This document shows, piece by piece, positions 61,601 to 64,000 of a stretch of DNA of 64,000 bases. Every line of letters begins with the position of its first letter. Position 1 is the stretch's first letter. The stretch is from assembly GCF_009914755.1 (NCBI RefSeq), contig NC_060928.1; one strand, given 5' to 3'. The stretch is from the human T2T-CHM13v2.0 reference genome, Homo sapiens. A program made the position numbers and the translations under genes. The notes under the pieces are model-generated. The model was given only the letters and a program-made list of their open reading frames with translations. It was not told where the DNA came from and searched no databases.

Positions 61601-63164
61601 TGATTGCGTTAAGTGAAATAAGACAGGCACAGAAAGACAAACATCACATGTTCTCACATATTTGTGAAATTTATACATTAAAACAATTAAACTCCTGGAC
61701 ACAGAGGGTAGAAAGATGGTTACCAGAGGCTGGGAAGTGTAGTGGGGAGTAGGGGGTGAGGGATATTAGGGATGGTTAATGGGTACAAAAATTAAAGACA
61801 ATAAAAAAGACCTACTATTTGGAAGCACAACAGGGCGACTATAGTCAGTAAAAACAACTGTACACTTTAAAATAATTTAAAGTGTATAATTGGATTGTTT
61901 GTAACTCAAAGGATAAATGGTTGAGGGGATGGATATCCCATTCTCCATGATGTGCTTATTTCACCTTGCATGCCTGTATCAAAACATCTCATGTAAGCCA
62001 TAAATATATACATCTACTATGTACCCACACAAAATTTAAACATAATAATGAAAGGGTAATTAGGCTTATAGGAAACCTTTTTCAATGTCCTACTTGTTTA
62101 AGTTGTAGGATGACAATAATAAAATAATATTTTATTTCTTTCCTGCATATATTGTGGTTTAAACTATCTATCACATGACTATTTAATCTAATGCCACCCT
62201 AAAGGTAGATGGTCTAAGACCTCATTTATAAGTATTGTTAGATCAATACATAACTATATAAACTATATTTACTATGAATTTTCCTAACTCTTAAACTTGT
62301 AAGACAAGTAGAAGTAAATTACCATAGACTTCAAATGATAACTTTAGTGATCATTTTATTTCACTCAATTATGTAAATTTTGTGTAAGCTAGTAACTGTA
62401 AAATCTACTTTTTATAAAAAGAATGTTCTAAAAAATGTTTATTCGATTTACTTATAGTTTAGAATTTTTGGAATTTATTGCTGCACTTACATTTACATAT
62501 TACATATCAAAATAGTATTGATTTCTTGACATGTACTAGAAAAAATAATGACAAAATATAGATTACTTGAGAATTGGAAGTTTGAGCATAAAAAGCTATC
62601 ATAGGTACTATGTCAGCAACACTGACATCTTGTTAGGGAGACTTTAAAGCATGAGTTCCATTTGACATATCTTCTAGACAATTCAATTGAGAGTGTCCTA
62701 CAGGGTATTGCTTTGTGTTTGTATGATATAGTAAGAAAATTATTTCATAGGGCAAAATAGACATCATTTAAATGATTTTATTAAAAATCTTATAAACTAA
62801 AGATTACATTTAAATCTTGGAAAAATCAGTCATTCCAAATGATTTCTACACGATGATGTAATTTAGAAGTTGGGAATTCAGTGCCGTCATCCCAGTGACT
62901 TTTGGTCAACCAAATAGTGAACTTAACCAACCTCTTTCACATTGTTGTGATACAGAATCTGCCAGAGCTGAGGATATACATTATTATATTGAAAAATAAT
63001 GTGGCATGTTTTACTTTTTTGTTTCAGAACTTTTGGGAACTTATTTGCAAAGAAGTCCCCGCCATAAAGATCTATAATCTTTTCAACAACCTATTTGGGA
63101 AAATGCATGATAGGGCCGTGAAAAACATTATGTTCTAAGACAAAGGCCTAATATTATCATGAGC

Positions 63165-63560
63165 AGCCTAGAGTGATGGAGAGAACACTAAATGCTGACT
63201 GGGTGCTGTTTTCAATGTGATCATCAAGTGGCCATGTGACCTTCAATGGATGCCAGCTTTCCATGAGGCTTCAACTCCTCATTAACGAATGAGCAAAATA
63301 ATACTTACCTCAACTTCTTTCTAGGGCTATAGAGAAAAAAATGTTTAGAAAGAATGTAATATTTTAAGAGAGCATATTGTTCTTTATTGCCATAATAAAA
63401 GTAATCATAATCTACATTATGAGGATCACCTTGGTATAGTATTAAGCATGACACTGAGAAACAGGCGATGAGAGTTTCAGTTATGCCTTCTGAGTTTATT
63501 ATTGGTTGACCTTGGAAAAGCTCCTTAACTTCTCTGCATCTCTTTTGCTGCTTTTGTAAA
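63165..63560 (+). mobile_element. Two MIR fragments
   Basis: gcagcctagagtgatggagagaacac...ccatgtgaccttc; tgaccttggaaaagctccttaacttctctg. Confidence 0.6.
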
Positions 63561-63714
63561 AAGAAAATGAAAAGACAATACATTAATCATGGCAGGAAAC
63601 TGGAAATTACAATCTTTCCAGGTTAAAACCACATGTTTTGAAGTAAAATCTTTTAGTCTAAGATTTTTTTAAGATAATGGATAATGAATTTTCAATAATA
63701 ATAATAGCATATTC

Positions 63715-63955
63715 TCAATAATAATAATACTTAAATATATTGAACTTCTACATTATTTAGGAAATATGCTACTTTATATGTATGTTATTTAGTCTTCAGA
63801 AAAAAACACTCTGAGAGATATTATTTTTGTCATTTCACCACTAAGGAATCTGAATTTCAAAGGTTAAGTAACCTTATCAAACTCATAGAGAGACTAGCAA
63901 TAAGTTTGAGATTTAAATACAGTATGATTCTAAAGCACAGGTTTTGAACCATCAT
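63715..63955 (-). mobile_element. MIR
   Basis: (AAT)n tail then aaggttaagtaacctt...gagatttaaatacag...attctaaagc, antisense MIR. Confidence 0.65.
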
Positions 63956-64000
63956 GTTCCAATATTCTCAATATAATATAATAGCTCTGGGTATGAATAA

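Larger units (their letters stand above)
53845..62046 (+). mobile_element. Near full-length inactive L1MA2-like LINE-1 (5'UTR to ~55800, decayed ORF1 ~55820-56880, decayed ORF2 ~57490-61500, 3'UTR)
   Basis: 5' end (caccaatttaacaactatctacac); EN fragment MIKGSIQQEDI...GDFN; RT fragments; 3'UTR ctcaaaggataaat.gttgaggggatggata..ccattctccatgatgtgctt typical of L1MA2; candidate TSD AATTAAAGGGGAA (53826-53838) / AATGAAAGGGTAA (62047-62059). Confidence 0.92.

Overview
Primate (most likely human) genomic DNA: AT-rich, CpG-depleted and repeat-dense, resembling a gene desert or the interior of a very long intron. I find no credible protein-coding gene, RNA gene or CpG island. The ORFs with recognisable content are LINE-1 ORF2 remnants, Alu read-through or simple-repeat translations; the rest look like chance ORFs. 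Main content: a 5'-inverted (twin-primed) L1PA element with a 13-bp TSD; a near full-length ~8.2-kb L1MA2-like element containing an MSTA LTR and a young 54-bp tandem array; older L1MB/L1MD fragments; two two-LTR MaLR proviruses (MST and MLT1 types); several solo LTRs; 11 Alu copies; and MIR/L2/MER relics. Two structures are not explained by the repeat catalogue: (1) a ~1.1-kb TA-rich patchwork at 38240-39320 carrying several short inverted copies of nearby sequence, and (2) a near-perfect 40-bp-arm hairpin at 37587-37689. There are also two co-oriented CTCF-like motifs and a few candidate enhancer motif clusters. I cannot support a new multi-gene system here. Repeat subfamily names come from my recall of consensus sequences and need RepeatMasker/Dfam confirmation; boundaries of old repeats are approximate.
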